Assembly: GCA_963763775.1 (NCBI GenBank)
Contig: CAVXPZ010000002.1
Coordinates: forward strand, 28,331 to 92,330
Origin: an uncultured Chloroflexia bacterium
GTDB lineage: Bacteria > Chloroflexota > Limnocylindria > Limnocylindrales > CSP1-4
Direction: 5' to 3'
DNA: 64,000 nucleotides
Positions 40,168-48,861 of this stretch are shown piece after piece. Within the stretch, counting starts at the first letter, position 1, and each line of letters opens with the position of its first letter. Under the pieces are notes generated by a model, which was not told the DNA's origin, made no database searches, and worked only from the letters and a program-made list of their open reading frames with translations. Position numbers and translations under genes: made by a program.

Positions 40168-41753
40168 TCCAACCGCTGGCATTGCCGGCCGCCCCGCTTC
40201 GTCTCCTGTGCATCGGCGCCCACCCGGACGACATCGAGATCGGGGCGGGCGGGACGATCGCACGGCTGGCCGGCGAAGGCCGTCTCGCCGAGGTCCATTG
40301 GCTCGTGCTCACCGGGTCAGATGCGCGAGCGGCGGAAGCGCGGGCGGGCGCGAAGGCCTTCCTCGAGGACGGCCCGGCGGCCAGCCTGACGCTGCATGCG
40401 TTCCGCGACGGCTTCCTCCCGACGCAGCAGGCGGAGGTCAAGCTCGCGTTCGAGGCCCTGAAGGGCACGATCGAGCCGGACCTCATCCTCACCCATCGTC
40501 GCGAGGACCTCCATCAGGACCATCGGCTCGTCGCCGAGCTGACGTGGAACACCTTCCGCGACCACCTGATCCTCGAGTACGAGATCGCCAAGTACGAGGG
40601 TGACCTCGGCTCGCCGAACGTCTACGTCGCCCTCCCCGACGGCGGCATCGAGGCGAAGGTCGAACGACTGCTCCGGGTCTTCGGAAGCCAGCACGGCCGC
40701 GATTGGTTCGAGCCCGAGGTCTTCCGTGGCCTGGCGCGGATCCGTGGCATGGAATGCCGGGCCCCGAGCGGATACGCCGAGGCATTCACGGGCCGCAAGA
40801 TCCGGACTCTGATGGCGCCCGTCAAGCTCGGGGCCCTGCTCTGGAGCCAGTACACCGGCTGGAACGAGCTCCTCGAGGCCGCGCAGCGCGCCGACCGACT
40901 CGGCTACGACACGTTGTGGACGTGGGACCACGTCATGCCGGTCGTCGGCGACCCGGACGGACCGATCTTCGAAGGATGGTCGACGCTCGCCGCCTGGGCC
41001 CACGCGACCGACCGCATCCGCCTCGGGCTCATGGTCGGCGCCAACACGTTCCGACCGCCGGGCCTGACGGCGAAACTGGTCACGACCCTGGACCATATCT
41101 CGAACGGCCGGGCGATCCTCGGGATCGGCTCAGCCTGGTTCGAACCCGAGCATCTCGCCTTCGGGATCCCGTTCGGGTCCGGGGCGCCGGAGCGTCTCCG
41201 ATGGCTCGCCGAGGCCCTGCCGGTCATCCGGTCGATGCTCGATGGACGTCCGGCGACCTCATCCGGCCCCCGCTACGCGGTCCAGGGAGCCCGCAATGAC
41301 CCCGTGCCGGTCCAGGCGCATCTCCCGATCCTCATCGGTGGGGGCGGGGTCGACGTGACCCTCAAGCTCGTCGCCCGGTACGGCGATGCGAACAACATCG
41401 GCGGGGGCGTGGAGAACGTGCGTCGGAAGGACGAGATCCTCGTCCGGCACTGCGAAGCCATCGGCCGGGACCCGGCGGAGATCGAGCGCACGTCCGGCCT
41501 CGGCACCGTCGTCATCAGGGATTTGCGACGGGAGGCCGTCAAGGTCCAGCGCGAGATCTTCGAACGGCAAGGCCGCGCCGAGGTCTGGGCCGACCAGCCG
41601 GTCGGCACCCCCGAGGACGTCGCCGAGCGCATCCTCGCCTACATGGACATCGGGTATCGCCACCTGACCGCCGGGTTCCCTGGCCCGCACGACGAGGAGT
41701 CGATGGTCCGCCTCGCCGGTGAGGTCCGCGCGATGGTCGATCGAGCGGGCTAG
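40164..41753 (+). CDS. PIG-L/LmbE-family deacetylase (about 216 aa) continuous in frame with an LLM-class flavin (F420/FMN)-dependent oxidoreductase (about 313 aa); fusion or lost stop
   Basis: TTG start overlapping the rfbF stop. LLCIGAHPDDIEIGAGGT (PIG-L motif), then ...FTGRKIRTL-MAPVKLGALLWSQYTGWNELLEAAQRADRLGYDTLWTWDH (luciferase-like monooxygenase N-terminus) with no intervening stop. Confidence 0.6.
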   Translation: MIQPLALPAAPLRLLCIGAHPDDIEIGAGGTIARLAGEGRLAEVHWLVLTGSDARAAEARAGAKAFLEDGPAASLTLHAFRDGFLPTQQAEVKLAFEALKGTIEPDLILTHRREDLHQDHRLVAELTWNTFRDHLILEYEIAKYEGDLGSPNVYVALPDGGIEAKVERLLRVFGSQHGRDWFEPEVFRGLARIRGMECRAPSGYAEAFTGRKIRTLMAPVKLGALLWSQYTGWNELLEAAQRADRLGYDTLWTWDHVMPVVGDPDGPIFEGWSTLAAWAHATDRIRLGLMVGANTFRPPGLTAKLVTTLDHISNGRAILGIGSAWFEPEHLAFGIPFGSGAPERLRWLAEALPVIRSMLDGRPATSSGPRYAVQGARNDPVPVQAHLPILIGGGGVDVTLKLVARYGDANNIGGGVENVRRKDEILVRHCEAIGRDPAEIERTSGLGTVVIRDLRREAVKVQREIFERQGRAEVWADQPVGTPEDVAERILAYMDIGYRHLTAGFPGPHDEESMVRLAGEVRAMVDRAG

Positions 41754-44700
41754 CTACCGACCCCGGCGGTCCGATGGGCCGCCACCTGGGTGGCCGTCAG
41801 GACCTTCGCGTAGACCGCGACCTCGTCGAGGATCACGTTCCCGAACTTGGTGCCGTCGTTCCACCGGCCCATCCACAGGTTGGTGGTCGACGTCGCGAGC
41901 GTCCGGTCGGTCACCGTGCCCGTCACGTCGGCGCCGTCCTTGTAGAGCTTCACGGCCGAACCGTTCTTGGTGAAGACCACGTGATGCCACGTCGTCGTGT
42001 CCGTGGTCGTCCCGGTCTCCGCCACGATGATCCCGCCGCCGTTCTTGCTCACGGTCAGCTTGTTCGTGGTGCCGGAGATGTCGATCTGGTAGGCGTTCGG
42101 CCCGTCGTCGAGGAGGGCCTGCATGCCGGTCGCCGTCTTGCGCTTGAACCAGAACTCGATCGAGAGCGGGCCGTTCCCGAGTGCCGGGACCGACGATCCC
42201 GGCACGCCGACATAGCCACTCGTCCCGTCGAGCGACACCGCGCCGTTGGCATCGCCGGTGATCGCCCCGGCGACACCGCGCGTCAGCGTCCCGCCATACC
42301 AGCCGGTCCGGGTCCCGACGGCGTCCGTGGCGATGATCCCGGTCGTGTCACCAAGACGCCAGTACGCGGACGGGCCGTCGGCGATGACCGTGTCCTTGTA
42401 CGAGGCGGTCGACCCGGACGACGCGTACGTGGCGGTGAACGTGGCAGCCGCCGCGGCGCTCACCTGGTGGCTGGCCGCGCCGGCGTCGGACCAGTTCGAG
42501 AACGTGTAGTTGGTCCCGGCAAGCGACTGCGGCGTCGGCGCGGTCACCGACACCACGCCGCCCTTGATCGCCGTGTGGTCGTAGGGGGTCGTATGCGACA
42601 CGCCGGTCACGGTCACCGACAGCCCCGAGGGCACCGAGCGGAACGAGAGGACGACGGTCTTCGGGTCGAGACGGAGGGTGGTCGACGCGGACACATTGGC
42701 CGAATTGGTCGCGGTCAGCGTGAGCTCGAGCCATGACGGGTAGTCGTGATCCGGCGCGGCGAACGACCCGGTCGCGACACCGGCGAACGTCTGGAGCTGG
42801 TGGGTGTGGCAATTGGATGGGCAGTGCTGGAGGACGAGCTGCCAGGACAACCTGGTCGCGGGCTCGGTGACATCCTCGGTGTCGGTCGCGTGGCCGGTGA
42901 AGGAGATCTGGTCGCCGACCGCCCAGGTCGTCCCGGTCAGGGGCGTGTCGATGACGGGGACCGGCGGGTTGTTCGACGCGGTGCCCACGGAGATCTGGAC
43001 GCTCGCGGTCGCGCTCGCACCACCGGTGTCCGTCACGCGCAGGCCGACCGTGACGATGCCGGCCGTCGTGTAGGTCCGGCTCGGGGTCGCGCTCGTCGAG
43101 TCGTTGTACTGGCCGTTGCCGTCGAGGTCCCACGCGTAGGTCAGGGCCGTGTTCTCCGGATCGGAGGACGTCGTGCCCGAGAAGGAGACCGCCAAGGGGG
43201 CCGTCCCGGATGTGGGGTTGGCGACGATCCGCGCCGTCGGCGGCTGATTGGTCGACGTGGACGTGATCCGGCGGATCGTCCCGCCGTCGAAGTCGACGTA
43301 GAAGATGTCGCCGCCCGGCCCGACCTCGAGCTTGACGGGATTGGCCGCCGGCGACGCGATCACGCGGATGTTCGCCGGGTCGGGCAGGCCGTTGGAGCCG
43401 GGCAGCATCGCCCAGATGCAGTCCCGGGAGTTGTCCGCGAAGAACAGGGCATTGCGGTACTCGGCCGGGTACGACGTCCCGGTGTAGAACGCGATCCCCG
43501 CGATCGCCGAGCTCCCGACCGCGCACCCGTCGCCGTTGAGGACGCTCGACGCGTGGTTGTACGTGAAGTACGGGGCCGTGACGGGGTTGGCGCTGTCGGC
43601 ATAGAGGCTCGAGCAGATCGGTAGCGAGGCATAGCCCGGCTGCTGGCCGACCCCCTCGTAGCACGGCCATCCGAAGTTGCGCAGCGAGGTGGTCGACGTG
43701 ATCCGGTCGATCTCCTCCCAGTCGCTCCATCCGACGTCGCCGACCCAGATCTCGCTGGTGCCCGGACGGAACGTGTATCGGAACGGGTTGCGCATGCCGT
43801 AAGCGATGATCCGGCGAGCATTCGCGTCGGTCGACGAGGCAAGGGGGTTCGTCGGCATCCCCGCGCCCGTGGCCGGGTCGATCCGGATGATCGAACCGTT
43901 CAACGCCACCGGGTCCGACGCGCCGCCGCCACTCCCGCCGGCGAGGCCGGCCTGGTAATGGGCGAGGGCCTTCGCGCCCGACAGGGCGGTCCCGTAGATC
44001 GCCACGTCGTCGAGCACGACGTTCGCGAAGGCCGTGCCGTCGTTCCACCGCCCCAGCCACAGGTTCGTCGTCGAGTTGGTGAGGGTGGCGTCGGTGCCCG
44101 GCGCGGTGACGTCCACGCCGTCTCGATAGATCTTGGTGGTGGCCCCGCTCTTGGTGATGACGAAGTGGTGGAACGTCGTGGTATCCGTCGTCGCCGTGGA
44201 CTCCTTGGCCAGGATGGCACCGCCGTTCTTCGCCACGGTGAGCTTGCCGTCAGAGCCGGAGAAGGTGATCTGGTACGAGCCTGGCCCCCGATCAAGGATC
44301 GCCTGGTTGCCCGTCGTGCTCTTGCGCTTCACCCAGAACTCGACGCTGAACGGGCCGTTGGCGAGGTCGAGCGGGGTGTAGTCGGGCACGCCGACATAGC
44401 CCGACGTTCCGTCGAGCGACACCGCGCCGTCCGTGTCACCGACGATCGCGCCGGCGACGCCGCGCGTCGAGGTGCCGCCGTACCAGCCGGTCTGGGTCCC
44501 GATCTGGTCGTTGACGAGGATGCCCGTCGGCTCGCCGAGCCGCCAGTACACGAGCGGCGCGTCGGCCAGCACCGTCGACCGGTAGCTCAGCCCCGAGCCG
44601 CCGCTGGACGGCATGGTGCGCAGGTCCTGCGCGCGAAGGGCGCCGCCCTCATTGTTGGGGTCACCGCACGGGTTCTTCGGGGTCTGGCTGCCGCTGCTGC

Positions 44701-45412
44701 CCCCGAACTGCCCCCAGTCCGCGTTCGTGAAGCTCGCCCCGTCACCGCCGGAGACGTACAGCGCACCGTCGCTGCCGAACTGCATATCGCCGATGGAGTG
44801 GCTCGGGAACTGCTGGCACCAGTCGTTGATCAGCACGGTCTCCGAGCCGGTCATCACGTTGCCGGCGGCCTGGAGCCGCGAGACGCGGCTGCTGACCACG
44901 CAGCCGTCGGTGTTCGGTCCCGGCGGGTTCGGGCAGGCGTCGTTCCAGACGGGGGCCGTGCCGTTGATCGGCGCGTCGTAGGTATAGGCGACGTAGACGT
45001 ACGGATCGGTCGGGAAATTCGGGGCGAGCACCATCCCGAGGAGCCCGCGGTCCCAGTAGTCATCGACCTTCGTCCGCAGATCCGCGAAGACGGTCGAGGT
45101 GGTCGCGGAGAGCGAGGCGAAGACCTTGATGAGCCCGCTCTTCTCGGCCACGAACACGCGTCCGTCGGAGGCGAACCGGACGTTGGTCGGGAAGGTGAGC
45201 CCGGAGATCGTGGTCGTCTCCGCCAGGCCGGTCGCGATGGACTGGGTCGAGAACGACCCGACCGTCGCGCGATGGGTGCCCACGGCCGCCCCGGCGTCCT
45301 CGCCCAGGAACGGGCGCGCGCTCGGGTCCGCCGCCGCGGCCGGCGAGACCGGCCCGACCGCGACCCCAAGCAGGGCCATCAGGACGACGGCCGTGGTGGC
45401 CGACCGTCCCAT
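41750..45412 (-). CDS. giant secreted multidomain protein (1220 aa): soluble quinoprotein glucose/sorbosone-dehydrogenase-like beta-propeller interrupted by a LamG/ConA-like domain, plus a PKD-like Ig domain and a second C-terminal LamG domain
   Basis: Signal peptide MGRSATTAVVLMALLGVAVGPVSPAAAA. GSDH-like segments (FPTNVRFASDGRVFVAEKSGLIKVF ... IIAYGMRNPFRYTF ... GPGGDIFYVD). Two 200-aa LamG modules with the same motif order (YWRLG...WYGGT..RGVAGAI.GD..GAVSLDGTSGYVGVP...FW.KRK...LWLGRWNDGT). Confidence 0.7.
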   Translation of the reverse strand: MGRSATTAVVLMALLGVAVGPVSPAAAADPSARPFLGEDAGAAVGTHRATVGSFSTQSIATGLAETTTISGLTFPTNVRFASDGRVFVAEKSGLIKVFASLSATTSTVFADLRTKVDDYWDRGLLGMVLAPNFPTDPYVYVAYTYDAPINGTAPVWNDACPNPPGPNTDGCVVSSRVSRLQAAGNVMTGSETVLINDWCQQFPSHSIGDMQFGSDGALYVSGGDGASFTNADWGQFGGSSGSQTPKNPCGDPNNEGGALRAQDLRTMPSSGGSGLSYRSTVLADAPLVYWRLGEPTGILVNDQIGTQTGWYGGTSTRGVAGAIVGDTDGAVSLDGTSGYVGVPDYTPLDLANGPFSVEFWVKRKSTTGNQAILDRGPGSYQITFSGSDGKLTVAKNGGAILAKESTATTDTTTFHHFVITKSGATTKIYRDGVDVTAPGTDATLTNSTTNLWLGRWNDGTAFANVVLDDVAIYGTALSGAKALAHYQAGLAGGSGGGASDPVALNGSIIRIDPATGAGMPTNPLASSTDANARRIIAYGMRNPFRYTFRPGTSEIWVGDVGWSDWEEIDRITSTTSLRNFGWPCYEGVGQQPGYASLPICSSLYADSANPVTAPYFTYNHASSVLNGDGCAVGSSAIAGIAFYTGTSYPAEYRNALFFADNSRDCIWAMLPGSNGLPDPANIRVIASPAANPVKLEVGPGGDIFYVDFDGGTIRRITSTSTNQPPTARIVANPTSGTAPLAVSFSGTTSSDPENTALTYAWDLDGNGQYNDSTSATPSRTYTTAGIVTVGLRVTDTGGASATASVQISVGTASNNPPVPVIDTPLTGTTWAVGDQISFTGHATDTEDVTEPATRLSWQLVLQHCPSNCHTHQLQTFAGVATGSFAAPDHDYPSWLELTLTATNSANVSASTTLRLDPKTVVLSFRSVPSGLSVTVTGVSHTTPYDHTAIKGGVVSVTAPTPQSLAGTNYTFSNWSDAGAASHQVSAAAAATFTATYASSGSTASYKDTVIADGPSAYWRLGDTTGIIATDAVGTRTGWYGGTLTRGVAGAITGDANGAVSLDGTSGYVGVPGSSVPALGNGPLSIEFWFKRKTATGMQALLDDGPNAYQIDISGTTNKLTVSKNGGGIIVAETGTTTDTTTWHHVVFTKNGSAVKLYKDGADVTGTVTDRTLATSTTNLWMGRWNDGTKFGNVILDEVAVYAKVLTATQVAAHRTAGVGS
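41762..42355. repeat. internal repeat copy B (second LamG module), paralogous to 43957-44575
   Basis: By eye, about 70-75 percent of positions match copy A at the protein level. Confidence 0.6.
43957..44575. repeat. internal repeat copy A (first LamG module)
   Basis: See copy B. Confidence 0.6.
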
Positions 45413-45624
45413 CCGTAGACGCCGCACGTGACCCTCCCCCGGCACCCTTCGACCCACGCATCCGCGGCGGAAGACGACCCGTTGGTGCTCGGGTCGCGAA
45501 CCGACCCGGACCGCCGGTTTCCTGGGGATCCGCGCGCTGTGTGGTTGAGGTGGAGACTAGGCCGGTCCGGTGGGGTGCGTCAACCAGAATCCGGTGCACC
45601 CAGGCACCTGCCGCCCGGCCGGCC

Positions 45625-46551
45625 TCAGGGCGTGTAGGTGACGCTGACGGCCACGTAGTCGAGCTGGAACTGCTTCGTGGTCAGCGTCGAGGCGTCGACG
45701 ATCCGGACCCGGAAGTTCGTGGTGCTCAGCTGGGCGGCCGTCCAGGTGCGGCCCCACGTGTCCGACGTCGAGCCGAACGTGTACGTGGTCTCCGCCGCGG
45801 CCGGGATCGCCACGCTCTTGAGGGACGTCCAGGTCGTCCCGCCGTCCCAGGAGAGCTGGGCGCAGAGGTTCGTCGTGCCGCTCGCATTGTTCAACGCGAG
45901 GTCGGCCCGGACCCGGATGCCGTTGATGGACGTCACGGTGCCGGGCAGCCCGAGGACGTACCCCCAGAACCGGTGTTGGTCCTTCGTCGTGTCGGGCGTC
46001 GCGCCGGTGCCGCACGACTGCGTCCCGCCGGTGCCGCTGTTCGCGTCGGTCGCGAACGACGAGTCGTCGACGCAGGCGCGGGCCGGGTTGCCCTCGTAGC
46101 CGTTGTTGTCGCCGGCACTCGTCGTCTGGGCCCCGTTCGAGACGCACGGTTGATACAGCGTCGTCCCGTCGACGGCAGTGACCGTGTTGCTGTCGACGCT
46201 CTCCCAGCTCTGGAACACCGCCCGCAGCCGATACCAGAACGTCCCGCTGCCGGGGTCGTCGACGGTCGTCGTCGTGGTCCGGCCGGCGATCGCCGCGACC
46301 AGGGTGTACGTCCCGCCCGAGCTCGTCGCCCGATACAGGTTGTAGCCCGTCGCATAGGTGTCCGACGTCGCGGTCCAGCTCAGCGTGATCGAGGCGCCGC
46401 CCGCGGCGGTGAGCGTCGTCGGCGGCTGGAGGGTGTCCGACCCGACCGAGCCGGTGGACGTGGCGGCGTCGGTGTAGCGAGCCAGGGACCATGGCGCGGG
46501 AACGCCGATGACCAGGAGGGCCAGGACGAGCGGCACCGAGCGTCGGAGCAT
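45625..46551 (-). CDS. secreted protein with a SipW-cognate-type signal peptide and a fibronectin-type-III-like domain (second SipW substrate/accessory subunit candidate)
   Basis: N-terminus MLRRSVPLVLALLVIGVPAPWSLARYTDAATSTGSVGSDTL parallels the TasA-like N-terminus FSLAIFTDTAASTGSFASGTIDI. It is followed by a beta-rich FN3-like region (TLSWTATSDTYATGYNLYRATSSGGTYTLV). Confidence 0.55.
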   Translation of the reverse strand: MLRRSVPLVLALLVIGVPAPWSLARYTDAATSTGSVGSDTLQPPTTLTAAGGASITLSWTATSDTYATGYNLYRATSSGGTYTLVAAIAGRTTTTTVDDPGSGTFWYRLRAVFQSWESVDSNTVTAVDGTTLYQPCVSNGAQTTSAGDNNGYEGNPARACVDDSSFATDANSGTGGTQSCGTGATPDTTKDQHRFWGYVLGLPGTVTSINGIRVRADLALNNASGTTNLCAQLSWDGGTTWTSLKSVAIPAAAETTYTFGSTSDTWGRTWTAAQLSTTNFRVRIVDASTLTTKQFQLDYVAVSVTYTP

Positions 46552-46554
46552 CGG

Positions 46555-47148
46555 TCAGGCGACCGGGTCGGGCGTCCGGCCGTCGTCGGCCCACGCCACG
46601 CCGGCGTCGGACCCTTCGGCCTCGGCGGGGTCCCGATCGAGTGCCCACGAGCCCACCAGCAGGACGATCCCAAGCGCGATGACGAACAGGATCCCGCTCG
46701 GGATCGACAGGAGCGCGACAAGGAAGCCCGCGTACGGGATGACGAGGACCTCGCGGCCGAGGACGGCGGTCGCCGGGGTGATCGACGGATCGGGCGCGTC
46801 GTTGGCGTCGCCCTTCGTCTCCAGCCACGGCTGGCCGTCCCGTGCGGCGATGCGGATGATCCGATGCGTGAAGACCGCCCGCTGCGGTCCGCTGCGCAGG
46901 CTGACCACGTCGCCGACCGCGAGCTCGCCCGCGGCGACCGGCCTGACGACCACGGCGGCGCCGAGCGGGATCGTCGGCTCCATCGAACCGCCGGCGACCA
47001 CGAACGTGGAAGCGCCGAAGAGCGGCACGACGCGGCCGAGGACCACGCCGAACAGCGCGACCACGACGACACCGATCAGCGCGAGGTCAAGCGCGCGTCG
47101 CAGCCAGGTGGTCCCCCGTCGTTGCCGATCCATGGTTGGCATCTCCAT
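46555..47148 (-). CDS. sipW: signal peptidase I, SipW type (archaeal/eukaryotic-like S26B)
   Basis: N-terminal TM helix and the motif VVAGGSMEPT (catalytic Ser), ...THRII (His box), then a C-terminal TM helix. Confidence 0.8.
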   Translation of the reverse strand: MEMPTMDRQRRGTTWLRRALDLALIGVVVVALFGVVLGRVVPLFGASTFVVAGGSMEPTIPLGAAVVVRPVAAGELAVGDVVSLRSGPQRAVFTHRIIRIAARDGQPWLETKGDANDAPDPSITPATAVLGREVLVIPYAGFLVALLSIPSGILFVIALGIVLLVGSWALDRDPAEAEGSDAGVAWADDGRTPDPVA

Positions 47149-47204
47149 GCTGCGACGGACCGCCACCCCGGGTGGGGCGACGGCGTCCACCGGCACGAAT
47201 CGGG

Positions 47205-47768
47205 TTACGGGTTGTTGGCGGTCTGCTCGGCGTCGAACGTGAACGTCACGGCCGACGTGAGGCCCTGGAGCGTGTTCCCGCTGGTGAGCGGGAGGCTCAC
47301 CCGGAAGCAGAGGACCTCGTTGCTCGCCGCCGCCAGCGTCCGGTCGCCGGCCTGGGCGCCCTGGGTGTTGCTGCCGATCGCGGCGCCGCTGAGCGCCGTG
47401 GCCGCCAGGACGGTCGTGCCGTCGAACGCGGCGCAACTGGTGCCCTGCGTCTTCACGGTCAGCTGGAGGGCCGCGCCGAGCGCGGTGGTCGCGGTCGTCG
47501 ACATCGCGTAGCGGAGCGGCGCGGTGCCGGCGTTGGCGATCGTCATCGTGGCCGTGTTCGCGTCGCCGGGCATCATCGCCGCGACGTTGAACGCGACGGC
47601 CGGGCTCGATGTGATGTCGATGGTCCCGCTGGCGAACGACCCCGTCGACGCGGCGGTGTCGGTGAAGATCGCCAGGGAGAAAGCCCCGGCGCCCAGCCCG
47701 ACCACGGTCAGGCCAAGCAGGGCAGCGAGGATCGGGCGGCGGTGGATGCGACGTTGCGCGCTCGGCAT
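47205..47768 (-). CDS. TasA/camelysin-like secreted protein with a SipW-cognate signal peptide (short variant, 187 aa)
   Basis: AFSLAIFTDTAASTGSFASGTIDITSS...MMPGDANTATMTIANAGTAPL aligns with B. subtilis TasA WAAFNDIKSKDATFASGTLDLSAKEN...LKPGDKLTKDFQFENNGSLAI. Confidence 0.6.
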   Translation of the reverse strand: MPSAQRRIHRRPILAALLGLTVVGLGAGAFSLAIFTDTAASTGSFASGTIDITSSPAVAFNVAAMMPGDANTATMTIANAGTAPLRYAMSTTATTALGAALQLTVKTQGTSCAAFDGTTVLAATALSGAAIGSNTQGAQAGDRTLAAASNEVLCFRVSLPLTSGNTLQGLTSAVTFTFDAEQTANNP

Positions 47769-48000
47769 CCGGGTGAGGAGGTTGGACTCCTGCACGGGGT
47801 GAACCCCTTTCGCTATGCAGCGGCCGGGCATGGCCGCGTTGTCCCCCCGGATCCCACAGGCGTGGAGACCCCGACGCTCTGTGCCTCCGGGATGGCATCG
47901 CGATCCGGTGAAGTGGCGTCTGGTGCATTCAAGCCGCCGCCGGTGCGTCGCCGCCACGGGACCGATGGGTCAGTGCGGGCGGTACCTTCGTCCGCCGCGC

Positions 48001-48861
48001 TCAGTCGGGTGGTGCCGCCCGCCCGCTCTCGGCCAGCCGCTCGTCGTAGCGCCGGTCGCGCCACGCCAATGCGGCCTTGAGCCCGTCGCGCCGCACGATC
48101 TCGTCCCACTCGCGCTGTTCGGGGGTGTCGGCCGCGTTGATGATCGCGCCGAGGTCCAGGCCGGCCTCGACCGCCATCCGGAACCCGGCCGCGTCCATCG
48201 CGCGGTTCAACATCATCTTCGTGGGACCCATGACCTCGGGCGGGGTCCGCGCGAGCCGGTCCGCCAGGGCGTCGACCTCCGCCGCCAGCCGGTCGGCCGG
48301 GACGACCCGGTTGATGAGCCCGATCCGTTCGGCCTCGACCGCGTCGATGAGGTCGCCGGTCAGCAGCAGCTCCCGGGTCTTCTTCTGGCCGATCAGGTAC
48401 GGCATGAGGAGGGTGACCGGCGCCGAGCCATACCGGATCTCCGGTTCGCCGAGCTTGGTCCCCTCAGCGGCGACCACGAGGTCGCAGGCCATGGCGATCT
48501 CGAGGCCCCCCGCGAGCGCGTACCCGTGCACCTGGGCGATGACCGGCTTCGCGAGATCGAGGATCCGCAGCGTCGCCGCGACGTCGGCCGCAAGGAGCTC
48601 GCGCCAGCGGACCGGTCCCTCGATCCCGCCGTCGACCTCCTCGGCGAGGTCGTAGCCCGCCGAGAACGCCCGCCCGGCGCCCTCCAGCACCACCACCCGC
48701 ACGCTCGGGTCCGCGGCCGCCGCGTCCAGGGCCGCGACGAGCGCTTCGACGAGCGGGCCCGAGAGCGCATTCAGCTTGGCCGGACGGTTCAGGGTCAGGC
48801 GGACGCCCCACGGCGTCGACGTCGTCAGGACGAGGGCCGTCCCGTCGTCAGGTGCCGGCAT
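48001..48861 (-). CDS. enoyl-CoA hydratase/isomerase family protein
   Basis: Crotonase fold (...VVVLEGAGRAFSAGYDL...GYALAGGLEIAMACD). Confidence 0.85.
   Translation of the reverse strand: MPAPDDGTALVLTTSTPWGVRLTLNRPAKLNALSGPLVEALVAALDAAAADPSVRVVVLEGAGRAFSAGYDLAEEVDGGIEGPVRWRELLAADVAATLRILDLAKPVIAQVHGYALAGGLEIAMACDLVVAAEGTKLGEPEIRYGSAPVTLLMPYLIGQKKTRELLLTGDLIDAVEAERIGLINRVVPADRLAAEVDALADRLARTPPEVMGPTKMMLNRAMDAAGFRMAVEAGLDLGAIINAADTPEQREWDEIVRRDGLKAALAWRDRRYDERLAESGRAAPPD

Noticed and set aside
42348-44060. 570-aa minus-strand ORF, and the 43958-45418 and 41774-42736 plus-strand ORFs
   Set aside because: Alternate or antisense frames of the giant secreted-protein gene
45413-45624. TGGTTGA...TCAACCA inverted repeat in the intergenic region between the FN3 gene and the giant protein gene
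   Set aside because: The arms are separated by 31 nt and imperfectly positioned. There is not enough evidence for a terminator or operator
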